A stretch of 64,000 bases of DNA from an uncultured Candidatus Saccharibacteria bacterium (lineage in GTDB: Bacteria > Patescibacteriota > Minisyncoccia > Phycocordibacterales > UBA9988). The notes below the pieces were generated by a model. It was not told the DNA's origin. It worked only from the letters and a program-made list of their open reading frames with translations, and made no database searches. This document shows positions 28,088 through 36,676 of the stretch, piece after piece. The translations under genes were made by a program, and so were the position numbers. The DNA lies in contig CAYNXC010000001.1 in NCBI GenBank assembly GCA_964401135.1, forward strand, positions 122,778 through 186,777, written 5' to 3'. The stretch's first letter is position 1. Each line of letters begins with the position of its first letter.

Positions 28088-29084
28088 CTTCACAATAGGG
28101 GGAGAATCGGTATATACTGCCTCTATGCCAAATAGTTTTCGTATTAACAAATTATTCAATAAATTAATATTTATTGGAGAAATCTGCCAGATCAGAAACA
28201 ACCCTTGGAACAAAGAGCGGGTTGAACAGTGGCTAGCAGGCAATGGTGGTGCACTCTCTACAATTGAACAATCGTCAATAAAGAAAATCACTGATATAGC
28301 ATCAGAAGTAGGCATCAATCTCATTGAGGCTTATTTTTTGACCAAAGAGAATGAACAATTGTGGAATATTTTGGGACAAGAGATTGGAACAACTCACACG
28401 GGGGCAATTAAAGAAGTACTTGAGAATTTTTCTCATCGTTTTGACATCGTCTGGCAGAAAGAAGAAACGCATCTCATGAGAATAAGTAAATTTTTTAACT
28501 CACAATCAAAAAAAATAGAAACGGCATTAGCACAAGTAGAATCCCTCACAGGATTACAGAACAAAACAAAGCTCACTGACATACCCATACAGTTAGCAAT
28601 GAGCAGTGCAGAAGAGGATGATATTGTAGGATGGTACTCAACCTTTGAAGAAAAAACGGATCTTGTGCTGGAATGTTCTGGAGTAATTGAGAATAATTTC
28701 CCTTTTCTTGAAGCAGTGTTACTGCACGAACTGTTCCATCTTGCATTAAGAAGTCACTCTGTAGTGATGCCTTTGATTGTGAGTGTTGCTGATGAAAATC
28801 AAGACCTCCTCAGTCCCCTCTCTCAAGATATGCCGCCTTTCCAAATTCTTGAGGAGCTACTCATCAGTTCTTTTACTCCAGAGGGATACTTGGCAACAAA
28901 ATACTTTAACACCACGATAAGTATTGCGGAAAAAACTGACGAATCAGTGCTTCACAACTTCACATTGATCAGACGGCGGAGTGCTCACGCAATGAGAAAT
29001 CTGGCGAAAGAATATACGGATGAAAAAAAGTGCATAGATAAGATGTACTTAAACTCCCTCACTGAGACAATAAAAAACGGGTAG
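27993..29084 (+). CDS. HExxH-motif protein, paralog 2. An alternative start at 28125 would exclude the repeat-derived N-terminus.
   Basis: LLHELFHLAL and a shared downstream region. The first 44 codons are antisense to the SET N-terminus and repeat. Confidence 0.5.
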   Translation: MPYSPVSCTSNFGLIHEKGLCCADVISLYCSTFTIGGESVYTASMPNSFRINKLFNKLIFIGEICQIRNNPWNKERVEQWLAGNGGALSTIEQSSIKKITDIASEVGINLIEAYFLTKENEQLWNILGQEIGTTHTGAIKEVLENFSHRFDIVWQKEETHLMRISKFFNSQSKKIETALAQVESLTGLQNKTKLTDIPIQLAMSSAEEDDIVGWYSTFEEKTDLVLECSGVIENNFPFLEAVLLHELFHLALRSHSVVMPLIVSVADENQDLLSPLSQDMPPFQILEELLISSFTPEGYLATKYFNTTISIAEKTDESVLHNFTLIRRRSAHAMRNLAKEYTDEKKCIDKMYLNSLTETIKNG

Positions 29085-29122
29085 TGTATATGCACTACCC
29101 GTTATCGGGACCGAGTTGGAGT

Positions 29123-29248
29123 TTATTTCCTGTTGGCCCAGTGCCCTTTATCCCAAGGACCCTTGGCTTCGCCCTTGAGAGCTTGTTCTTTTGCTCGAAG
29201 TAATACTCGCGGAATTACGACTGATTTGCTTTGTTGAGAATTTTTCAC
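29123..29248 (-). CDS. Small ORF (41 aa, GTG start) just downstream of the radical SAM gene. Candidate precursor peptide.
   Basis: AAAGGAGGTGA lies 5 nt upstream of the GTG. The product is MKNSQQSKSVVIPRVLLRAKEQALKGEAKGPWDKGHWANRK. Below the ORF-track length cutoff. Confidence 0.35.
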   Translation of the reverse strand: MKNSQQSKSVVIPRVLLRAKEQALKGEAKGPWDKGHWANRK

Positions 29249-29287
29249 GGTAGTCACCTCCTTTCTGTCCTTAAGATCAATTCAATA

Positions 29288-30358
29288 TTACCCTACCAAT
29301 AAACCGTAGCTTATCAAGGTTTTCTGTATTTCTTCAAAAACTCTGAAATTTGCCGCGCAGACAGTATCTTTATTTCCATTCACATAATCTTTAAGACACC
29401 CACCGTGACAAAGAGTGTTCCATGGACAAGAAGTACATGCTGCTCTTGACCGTTGTGAGAGCTGGAGAAATTCTTGAAAATTGCTTCTCTCTACAACGTC
29501 ACTATAGGATTCCGTGACAGTTCCGAAACAAAAACAAGATTCGTTAAGTAAGCTGTCGCAAGGAAAGATTGACCCATCATTGTAGACAGTCACAAATTGA
29601 TCGCAGCGCCCCATGAGCGTACATTCACGGAATTCGCCGCCAAGAAGGATGTCAATGATGCTTTTGATATCACGAATTTCTAGATCAGGATTATCTATGT
29701 CAATCCAATGATGAAAAATCTTGATCAAAAAATCGGCGTACTGGTCTGCCGTGATAGCGTTTGAATCAGGTTCACGGATACGCAGGAACTTAATTGAATG
29801 GATATCACATGAGAGAAAAAACGAAATAATATCTTTTACCAAAGAGTAGTTTTGTCTTCCTATGCAACAGCTGACCCCGTTGAAAATTCCATTCTCTCGC
29901 AAATGAGTAATCCCACGGAGAACATCCTTGAGGTTCCCTTCCCCAGCACGAGAGACTCGGAGAGTGTCATGGATTACCGGCGGAGCATCAAGGCTTACCC
30001 CGACACAGAATTGTAATCCTGCAAACAACTTTGCCCATTCTTCATTGAGAAGGGTACCGTTTGTCTGCACAAAGTTTGCAATTTTTTTACCTTGGCGAAT
30101 CCATTCTGTCTGTAGCTGCCCAACAGCGCGATAAAATTGCATACCGGCAAGTAGTGGCTCACCTCCGTGCCAGACAAACTCAATTTCATCTTGATGAGAA
30201 CAGAAGAAATTAATGGTTGCTTGCAATGTCTCTTGCGACATTACTGCAGTAGATGACCGTTGTGGATCTAGAATTCCTCGCATGTAGCAATAACAACAAT
30301 TAAGGTTACATGCTCCATTCACCGGTTTAATGATGGGTACACTGAGTGGATTTCTCAC
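29288..30358 (-). CDS. Radical SAM enzyme with a C-terminal SPASM domain (peptide/protein maturase-like)
   Basis: CNLNCCYC (CxxxCxxC) N-terminal cluster. The C-terminal Cys cluster CTSCPWNTLCHGGC is SPASM-like. GTG start with a GAGGT RBS. Confidence 0.85.
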   Translation of the reverse strand: MRNPLSVPIIKPVNGACNLNCCYCYMRGILDPQRSSTAVMSQETLQATINFFCSHQDEIEFVWHGGEPLLAGMQFYRAVGQLQTEWIRQGKKIANFVQTNGTLLNEEWAKLFAGLQFCVGVSLDAPPVIHDTLRVSRAGEGNLKDVLRGITHLRENGIFNGVSCCIGRQNYSLVKDIISFFLSCDIHSIKFLRIREPDSNAITADQYADFLIKIFHHWIDIDNPDLEIRDIKSIIDILLGGEFRECTLMGRCDQFVTVYNDGSIFPCDSLLNESCFCFGTVTESYSDVVERSNFQEFLQLSQRSRAACTSCPWNTLCHGGCLKDYVNGNKDTVCAANFRVFEEIQKTLISYGLLVG

Positions 30359-30432
30359 GGGAGATACCTCGTTTCTTTATTATTTTAAAGGTTCAAATAT
30401 ATCTGGTATTTTTATACCACATTATTCAACTT

Positions 30433-30519
30433 TATGCAAACCTCAGCACTTCCACCTTAAGACTCATCCACGAGAACGGTCTCTGCTGTGCCGATGCCAT
30501 ATCTTTCTATTGTAGCACT
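30433..30519. repeat. Copy B of the element, forming a 22-codon uORF (30433..30501, minus) upstream of the radical SAM gene
   Basis: The uORF encodes MASAQQRPFSWMSLKVEVLRFA*, which is homologous to the SET N-terminus. It shares the junction TTTGCATAAAG...AATAATGTGGTATAAA with copy C. Confidence 0.7.
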
Positions 30520-31201
30520 ATCGGGAGTGAGGAGAAGATAACAGATTGAGTGATGAACTGACAAAAGCCTTCAGATCTTTACCGCTCTTTTCCCAGAGAA
30601 TTTGATGATGTTCTAGTGAGGTTTGTAAGTCGGGATAGAAGAGCTCTTCAGGACGACCAAGTACCACTTGCGCTTCAGGCTCGTTTAGGAGAATAACATT
30701 GAGAATTTCGGAGAGTTCCCACAATGGACCGCCATTCTTACTAAGATGTAGAGTTTCCTCCTTAAAATGCAGGTCAAGATATTTGAAGAAGACAAAGTGC
30801 AGGACCTCGTGGAACGCGACCTCAATGCGGTCCAGTAAATCTTTTTTATAGTAGACTTGGAATGTCTCGTCCTCCACAAAGCGAGGATTGCAATTAAATA
30901 TAGAGAGAAAACCTTTGTACTCGTGCGAGTGACTCTCCTCTCCAAAATAGTGGCGAGTGAAATTAAAGAATGTGGAGGATCGCTGGCCAAGCTCGTTGTT
31001 AGTCTCCTCAAGAATTTTGGCAAACTCTTGAGCATGAGCATCGTAAAATGAGTCTATGTACTGTGTACTATTCTCCGCAGTGATAGTGGAGTGGGCATCG
31101 CGAATCATCGCACCAAAATCGCGCCCAGCAACAGCAAAATTATGAAAATCGGTATAGGTTTCGTAATCCTGCTCTTTGTTCAATTCAATAGTAATCATCA
31201 T
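30518..31201 (-). CDS. HExxH-motif protein, paralog 3 (start at MMITIELNK; the ORF extends to 31291)
   Basis: AFHEVLHFVFF. An ATGA overlap with the upstream CYTH gene. Confidence 0.5.
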   Translation of the reverse strand: MMITIELNKEQDYETYTDFHNFAVAGRDFGAMIRDAHSTITAENSTQYIDSFYDAHAQEFAKILEETNNELGQRSSTFFNFTRHYFGEESHSHEYKGFLSIFNCNPRFVEDETFQVYYKKDLLDRIEVAFHEVLHFVFFKYLDLHFKEETLHLSKNGGPLWELSEILNVILLNEPEAQVVLGRPEELFYPDLQTSLEHHQILWEKSGKDLKAFVSSSLNLLSSPHSR

Positions 31202-31770
31202 TCCTTCTCCAATCCAGCCTGCACAAGTGCGAGATGCATCATCCCTATCGCCTCTGGTCGATCGGTGAGATTGAGGTGCGTGAGTATCCACTGCTTCAGT
31301 TCCCCTCTGATAGAATTACTCACCTCCTTGGGAACTTCTATCTCACACTCTATAAAGTATCGGTGTCCGTTAGAAAAAGTGAGGTCGTCAAGAGAAAATA
31401 CACAGGGGTAGGTAAAGAGCGTACCCGCAAAGTCGCGACGGGTTTTATGCAATGAGAGATGAGTCCCCTCTCCCTGTAACTCTGTCAATTCATCCGCCGT
31501 GCTCGCCCCTTCTACTTCGCGCCGCATCCGTTCTCCTTGCTCGTTTAAATACCATGTTTTTTCTGTTTTTTCGTAGTCCGTCCCGTTGTACACTCTAATA
31601 CGGGTAAAGTCCCATCCTTTGTCATCAAATTTTTTGAAATGGAAATAATGATCGCCTAACGATGACTCCTTACTCAAGGGGTACCCGAGAGTTGGGAGTG
31701 CTTCAATACAGTGTGCATACTCCTCTGTATTCAATTCCAATTTAATCTCGGTCTCAATGTGGTCTTTCAT
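31198..31770 (-). CDS. CYTH-domain protein (class IV adenylyl cyclase / triphosphatase fold)
   Basis: N-terminal ETEIKLEL (the ExExK signature of CYTH). Confidence 0.55.
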   Translation of the reverse strand: MKDHIETEIKLELNTEEYAHCIEALPTLGYPLSKESSLGDHYFHFKKFDDKGWDFTRIRVYNGTDYEKTEKTWYLNEQGERMRREVEGASTADELTELQGEGTHLSLHKTRRDFAGTLFTYPCVFSLDDLTFSNGHRYFIECEIEVPKEVSNSIRGELKQWILTHLNLTDRPEAIGMMHLALVQAGLEKE

Positions 31771-31830
31771 TATTGTATTTGTTTTTAATAAAAACGACTG
31801 AATAATGATCCTTATTCAGTCGTTGGTATT

Positions 31831-32424
31831 TTAGACTAGTTGGATTTTTTCTACAACCTCGTCCAAAGTTAGGTTTGTAGTATCGATTACAATTGGATCA
31901 AAAAGTGTTCTTGCATAATTAACCATAGCCTCTTCCATCCGTAAGAAGAAATCTGGATCCCGTATTACTTTTAAGTCATTCACGGTAACTTTTTCTGGTG
32001 ACTCTTTCATCCTTTTTCGAAGCCTTATCCTCCTCTCTTCAAGACTGGTAGTAAGAATGTAGACGCCTGTAAACCTAGGATGAAGTAAAGCTAAAGCCTC
32101 CAATCTTGCAAGAATCACGCTGAAATGAGCGGCGGCATGATAGGCGAGCGATCGTAAAAGAATTGTAGAGTCTTGGATTGTCGCTGAAATTGGCCAAGAA
32201 AAACGTTTCAGGTCATATTCTAACGCCTTCGCGTAAAGATACCCGATCCATTCAGAACCATCTTTTTCGATTTCTTTTGCAACTTGCAGAATATGATTAC
32301 TACCCAATAGAGATGAATGGCGGACCGTATAGTTTGGGTTGAGATGGTGAAGTCTTCGGATAACACTGGACTTTCCTGAAAGATCTATTCCTTCGACTAG
32401 ATAATACGGGACAGGTTTTTCCAC
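31831..32424 (-). CDS. P-loop kinase, thymidylate-kinase-like
   Basis: Walker A EGIDLSGKSS, then IQDSTILLRSLAYHAA (compare Tmk DRY..SS.AYQ). GTG start. Confidence 0.5.
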   Translation of the reverse strand: MEKPVPYYLVEGIDLSGKSSVIRRLHHLNPNYTVRHSSLLGSNHILQVAKEIEKDGSEWIGYLYAKALEYDLKRFSWPISATIQDSTILLRSLAYHAAAHFSVILARLEALALLHPRFTGVYILTTSLEERRIRLRKRMKESPEKVTVNDLKVIRDPDFFLRMEEAMVNYARTLFDPIVIDTTNLTLDEVVEKIQLV

Positions 32425-32496
32425 TTTTCTTTCCTCAAAAATCTAAGTTTTTTCAAGAGCCATGCTCTATTCCATTTATACCATATTATTTGGCTT

Positions 32497-32605
32497 TATG
32501 CAAACACCCCTTTGCCATACTTCCCCGTCTCCTGCACCTCCAACTTTGGGCTCATCCACGAGAACGGTCTCTGCTGTGCCGATGTCATATCTTCTATTGT
32601 AGCAC
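32497..32605. repeat. Copy C of the element, forming a 30-codon uORF (32496..32588, minus) upstream of the Tmk-like/CYTH/HExxH operon
   Basis: The uORF encodes MTSAQQRPFSWMSPKLEVQETGKYGKGVFA*. The listed 63-aa ORF 32476..32667 lies in a different reading frame. Confidence 0.75.
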
Positions 32606-32666
32606 TCTTTTATTTCTAGCTCCCAGTGGTAATCCGAGGTGCGGTGCGCTATGATAGGGTTACACA

Positions 32667-33965
32667 ATGAATATTCTGTTTATCACCAACGAGCTCATCG
32701 GTGGTGATGTGGCTTATCAGCTGACCAAAGAAGGGCACCAGGTAAAGCTATTCATCAAGGAGCGTGGAAGCAAGCACGACTTGGATGGTCTGGTAGAAAA
32801 GACGAGCAACTGGCGTCATGAGCTCTCTTGGGTCGGTAAGGACGGCCTCATCATCTTTGATGATGTGGGCTACGGCAAAGTCCAAGATGAGCTACGGCAG
32901 AAAGGATTCTCGGTCTTTGGCGGCTGTGAGAAGGCCGACCTCCTCGAGACCAACCGCCAGTACGGCAAGGAGCTCCTTGCCCACCATGGACTCAAAGGGC
33001 TCCCCTCCTACAACTTTGACTCCATCAGTGACGCTATCGGATTTGTGGAGCGCAACCGCGGACGCTGGGTCGTCAAACAGAACGGCCGCGCCTCAAAGGG
33101 CTTCAACTATGTTGGACACTTCCCCGACGGGAGAGATGTCATCAATGTTCTTGAGAACTACCGCGCCTTTGCCCGATACCGCTCATCAGTCATCACTCTC
33201 CAAGGATTTGTAGACGGCATAGAGATTGGAGTCGGCCGCTACTTCAATGGGAAGGATTGGGCAGGCCCTATTGAGATAAACATTGAGCATAAAAAACTAT
33301 TTCCCGGGGACTTAGGCCCAACCACCAGCGAGATGGGGACGCTCGCTTGGTACGACGACAATGAGGAAAATAAACTGTTTAGAGAAGCACTCGCCCCAAT
33401 CAGAGGGCATCTTGAAGAAATTAAGTATAGAGGAGACATTGATGTGAACTGCATTGTCAATGAGCATGGAGCCTTTCCTCTCGAGGTTACCGCGCGCATG
33501 GGCACCCCCGCCATCCACCTACACAGCGAACTGCACACAAGTCCCTGGGGAACATTTTTGAAAGAGATCGCTGACGGCAAGCCAAGCACATTGAAATGGA
33601 AAAAAGGGTTCGGCATCGTCGTCCTCATCGCCGTACCCCCATTCCCCTACGCTAAGCAAGTGCAGACAAACTCATCGCTCAGTACCACCATCCATTTTTC
33701 AGAGAAATTGCGTGCAGAAGGGCTCCCTCACATCCATTTTGAAGAGGCACGCTTTGATACAAAGACCAATCAGTACATTATTTCAGATACAAACGGCTAC
33801 CCGCTCTACATTACCGGCATGGGCGAGACTGTAAAAGAAGCTCGGCACGCAGTGTACCGTAGCATTAAAGAAACTTATATACCAAAAATGTTCTACCGTA
33901 ACGACATCGGGCTCAAATTTATGGAGCATGATGAGGAGAAGCTCCGCTCGTGGGGCTACCTATAA
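32667..33965 (+). CDS. ATP-grasp enzyme, PurD-like (phosphoribosylamine--glycine ligase family)
   Basis: 432 aa. An N-terminal Rossmann-like segment and a central ATP-grasp pattern (WVVKQNGRASKGFNYVGHF). Confidence 0.45.
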   Translation: MNILFITNELIGGDVAYQLTKEGHQVKLFIKERGSKHDLDGLVEKTSNWRHELSWVGKDGLIIFDDVGYGKVQDELRQKGFSVFGGCEKADLLETNRQYGKELLAHHGLKGLPSYNFDSISDAIGFVERNRGRWVVKQNGRASKGFNYVGHFPDGRDVINVLENYRAFARYRSSVITLQGFVDGIEIGVGRYFNGKDWAGPIEINIEHKKLFPGDLGPTTSEMGTLAWYDDNEENKLFREALAPIRGHLEEIKYRGDIDVNCIVNEHGAFPLEVTARMGTPAIHLHSELHTSPWGTFLKEIADGKPSTLKWKKGFGIVVLIAVPPFPYAKQVQTNSSLSTTIHFSEKLRAEGLPHIHFEEARFDTKTNQYIISDTNGYPLYITGMGETVKEARHAVYRSIKETYIPKMFYRNDIGLKFMEHDEEKLRSWGYL

Positions 33966-34262
33966 TGTACTATTGTATTCCACGAAGCACTTAGGCTCCC
34001 CTACTGCACATGAGAGCTCGGGACATTCTTCCTCATCTGGATTACAAGAAGCCATGTACCTCGCCTGTTTATGTATGATTTTGTAGTAGTATGTCTGATC
34101 CCCATCCTCCTCAGTGAAACACTGTTCGCGCTCAGAGTCGCATGAGATATGCGCCACCACCTCGTAGTCCCGCAGTACTACAATACGGTGGTAGGTGATA
34201 ATGATGGAGCCCACAATCAAGAGTCCAAGAATGAGGAAGAGGTACTGCGACTTAACATCCAT
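33960..34262 (-). CDS. Small membrane-anchored Cys-rich protein
   Basis: A TM helix and then 6 Cys (CDSEREQC...CNPDEEECPELSC...C). Confidence 0.3.
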   Translation of the reverse strand: MDVKSQYLFLILGLLIVGSIIITYHRIVVLRDYEVVAHISCDSEREQCFTEEDGDQTYYYKIIHKQARYMASCNPDEEECPELSCAVGEPKCFVEYNSTL

Positions 34263-34325
34263 CGTATAAGTGTAACAAAAGGTAGCGTAAATAAAAATCC
34301 CGCCACAGTAAGCTGTGGCGGGGCA

Positions 34326-35210
34326 TTATGCGCGAGATACGGTGATGATGATCCCGCAGATAACCATGGCCGCAATCGCGGCCAGCTTGCGGGGTAAGCC
34401 TTCCCGTTCACGGATAAACAAATCCGGAAACAAAAAAGAACAGAGGTATGCCCCGCCGACAACAAAGAAAGGCTGGAGGCAGCACGATCCCTCCATCACT
34501 GCGACAGGCATATGGAGCTTACCGATATCAAACAGCGCATCAGCAAGGATGCAGACAAGCTCTGCAAGGGAGCAGAGACCGAGCTTGCTCACGAGTCCGC
34601 GAGTCACACCGCGACGCGCATCTCGAGAGAGTAAGAATGCTGGCGCCCAGATGGCCTTACCAAGCATGTCCGCATAGAGTACCGACACCCAGTCCAGTCC
34701 TCGACCGTAGTGTGCAAAGATCACATCATTCGCGGCAAGGAGACCTGAGGAGAGGAGCATCAGTGCGATCACACGAGATGCGATTGTCGTACCAATACCA
34801 GAGAGGGCAAAGCCACCAACAATCACTCCGACAATAGCAAAGATCTCAAACCACCTAGGCAACTCGCCGAGGATGATGAGTGCAAAGACTATTCCAAACA
34901 CAGGGATCACCTGAAACCACGGCACAACATGAGAGGCGTCCTTCATCTGTAGCGCAATCAGATAGAACCACATAGCGAGTGAAAAGAGAGCACCGTTCAC
35001 CACAGCAAGTGCGATAAATCCTTCAAGGGAGAGTAGAGTTGTACACTCTCCATAGAGGCAGAATGCCGCCCCGAGGTTAAAGATCCCCCCGATTGCCATG
35101 AGCACCGCCGGATTAGACGCCTCTCGTCCTCTACCGCGAACGAGAAAGTTGTCGAGTAGATTAGCAGACGCAAAGAGTATTGGTGGGCCAAGCAGTAAAA
35201 CAAAGATCAC
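34326..35210 (-). CDS. DMT/EamA-like transporter
   Basis: About 10 TM helices with a two-half architecture. Confidence 0.45.
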   Translation of the reverse strand: MIFVLLLGPPILFASANLLDNFLVRGRGREASNPAVLMAIGGIFNLGAAFCLYGECTTLLSLEGFIALAVVNGALFSLAMWFYLIALQMKDASHVVPWFQVIPVFGIVFALIILGELPRWFEIFAIVGVIVGGFALSGIGTTIASRVIALMLLSSGLLAANDVIFAHYGRGLDWVSVLYADMLGKAIWAPAFLLSRDARRGVTRGLVSKLGLCSLAELVCILADALFDIGKLHMPVAVMEGSCCLQPFFVVGGAYLCSFLFPDLFIREREGLPRKLAAIAAMVICGIIITVSRA

Positions 35211-35496
35211 CGTATTTCACCTCCTTTCTTTATAGTGAAGTCAAAGTACTGAGACTAAATGCAGTATGACATATTCTCTATATTATGTCAATTTCTCATA
35301 AATAAAAACGGAATCCACAGTATTCTTCCGTAACTCCCAGAGTCGTAGCTGACGCTTAAAGAATGACACATCGCAGATGGCCAGACGATGTCCCCGAAGT
35401 AGTGGCTCCTATACATCACCTCCTTCTCGTGTGTGTAGGTACGAAAAACCCTGCGAGATACTACTACGCAGAGTTCTTTTTAGCAAAAGTGAGGCA

Positions 35497-35697
35497 CTAG
35501 CGGGCGATGAATGGCAGGAGTGCGAGGAAGCGTGCTCGCTTAATGGCTAGCGCGAGCTTGCGCTGGTGCTTGGAACATACCGAGCTCCGACTCTTCCCTA
35601 TCATGCGCGCGTGCGTATTCATAAAGCGCTTCAAAAGCTCTGTGTCCTTGTAGTCCACATGCTTTACATTACTGGTGCAAAAGTGACATTGCTTCAT
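35497..35697 (-). CDS. rpsR: Ribosomal protein bS18
   Basis: CHFCTSNVKHVDYKDTELLKRFM...RKLALAIKRARFLALLP. Confidence 0.85.
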   Translation of the reverse strand: MKQCHFCTSNVKHVDYKDTELLKRFMNTHARMIGKSRSSVCSKHQRKLALAIKRARFLALLPFIAR

Positions 35698-35699
35698 AC

Positions 35700-36152
35700 T
35701 TAAAATGGAATATCGTCTGGGTTAACTTCTTCACTGGGGTACTCTATCGTCTCTATGTCCGTGGTAGCGCTGGAGACTCTCCCTGTACTTGCAGGAGCTG
35801 AGCTACTTGCCCCCTCCCCTCCATCGCGACGGGGACCAAACTGCATCGTCTCGGCAACAATCTCGGTGCGGTACTTTTTCTGCCCATCTGAAGCATCCCA
35901 ACTCCGCGTCTGCATCCGTCCTTCAATGTACACAGCGCCTCCGCGGTGCAAGTACTGTGCGGCGAGCTCGGCCAGCTTGGCAAAGCAGACTACATTATGG
36001 TACTGCACATCCTCCTGTCGCGCGCCATTCTTATCCTTCCAAGTGCGGTTGGTTGCCACTGAGAAGCTGGTCACCGAGGTACCATTCGGGAGCCGGCGCG
36101 CTTCTGGGTCGCGAGTCAGATTGCCATAGATGAGAGCTTTGTTCAAGTACAT
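35700..36152 (-). CDS. ssb: Single-stranded DNA-binding protein
   Basis: An OB-fold NKALIYGNLTRDPEARRLPNGTSVTSFSVATNRTWKD and the C-terminal acidic tip DDIPF. Confidence 0.9.
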   Translation of the reverse strand: MYLNKALIYGNLTRDPEARRLPNGTSVTSFSVATNRTWKDKNGARQEDVQYHNVVCFAKLAELAAQYLHRGGAVYIEGRMQTRSWDASDGQKKYRTEIVAETMQFGPRRDGGEGASSSAPASTGRVSSATTDIETIEYPSEEVNPDDIPF

Positions 36153-36157
36153 AGGTA

Positions 36158-36655
36158 CTATGCGACTTTCTCCTCCGTCAACAGTTCCTCAATCCCCTTT
36201 GTAATCTCCGCCTCGTCTGCCTCCGTAAGTGAGCGCTTTTCAGCAGTATCCACAGGAGCACCGGCGCGAGCTGCCATCTGCGGTATACGGCGGATCGGAG
36301 CAGGATTCTCTTTACCTGCGATCATAATGAGAAAGCGGACCAGTGTCTCAACTTTTTCTAGTCTCGCCTTCACTGTGAGCACCTCCTCGGGTATGAGGGT
36401 AAATTTAATATATCCAAAGTATGCCTGCTGAAGCTGTTGCTTAACCCCTCCTACACGGTATGCAATGGGGTACGAGAGTGGGCGGAGTGCAGGGTACCCT
36501 TCACCGACAATGACACCCTTGGCCTTCTCGATTTCATCACGAATACGGGCAAGCTCTACTCCAATAGACTCTTCAGAGAGAGACGGGGTAAACAAAAAGC
36601 CGACCTCGTAGGTTGTGTGCTCGTCTGCTTGCGTATATGTTTCCGCTGTACTCAT
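36158..36655 (-). CDS. rpsF: Ribosomal protein bS6 with a C-terminal extension
   Basis: YEVGFLFTPSLSEESIGVELARIRDEI...YFGYIKFTL. Confidence 0.8.
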   Translation of the reverse strand: MSTAETYTQADEHTTYEVGFLFTPSLSEESIGVELARIRDEIEKAKGVIVGEGYPALRPLSYPIAYRVGGVKQQLQQAYFGYIKFTLIPEEVLTVKARLEKVETLVRFLIMIAGKENPAPIRRIPQMAARAGAPVDTAEKRSLTEADEAEITKGIEELLTEEKVA

Positions 36656-36676
36656 ACGGGCTACATACTAACAGAA

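Noticed and set aside
32476-32667. Listed 63-aa ORF MCNPIIAHRTSDY...
   Set aside because: It is in a different frame from the conserved reading. The homologous reading is the 30-codon uORF 32496..32588, which matches the SET N-terminus. The longer ORF is a by-product of the repeat.
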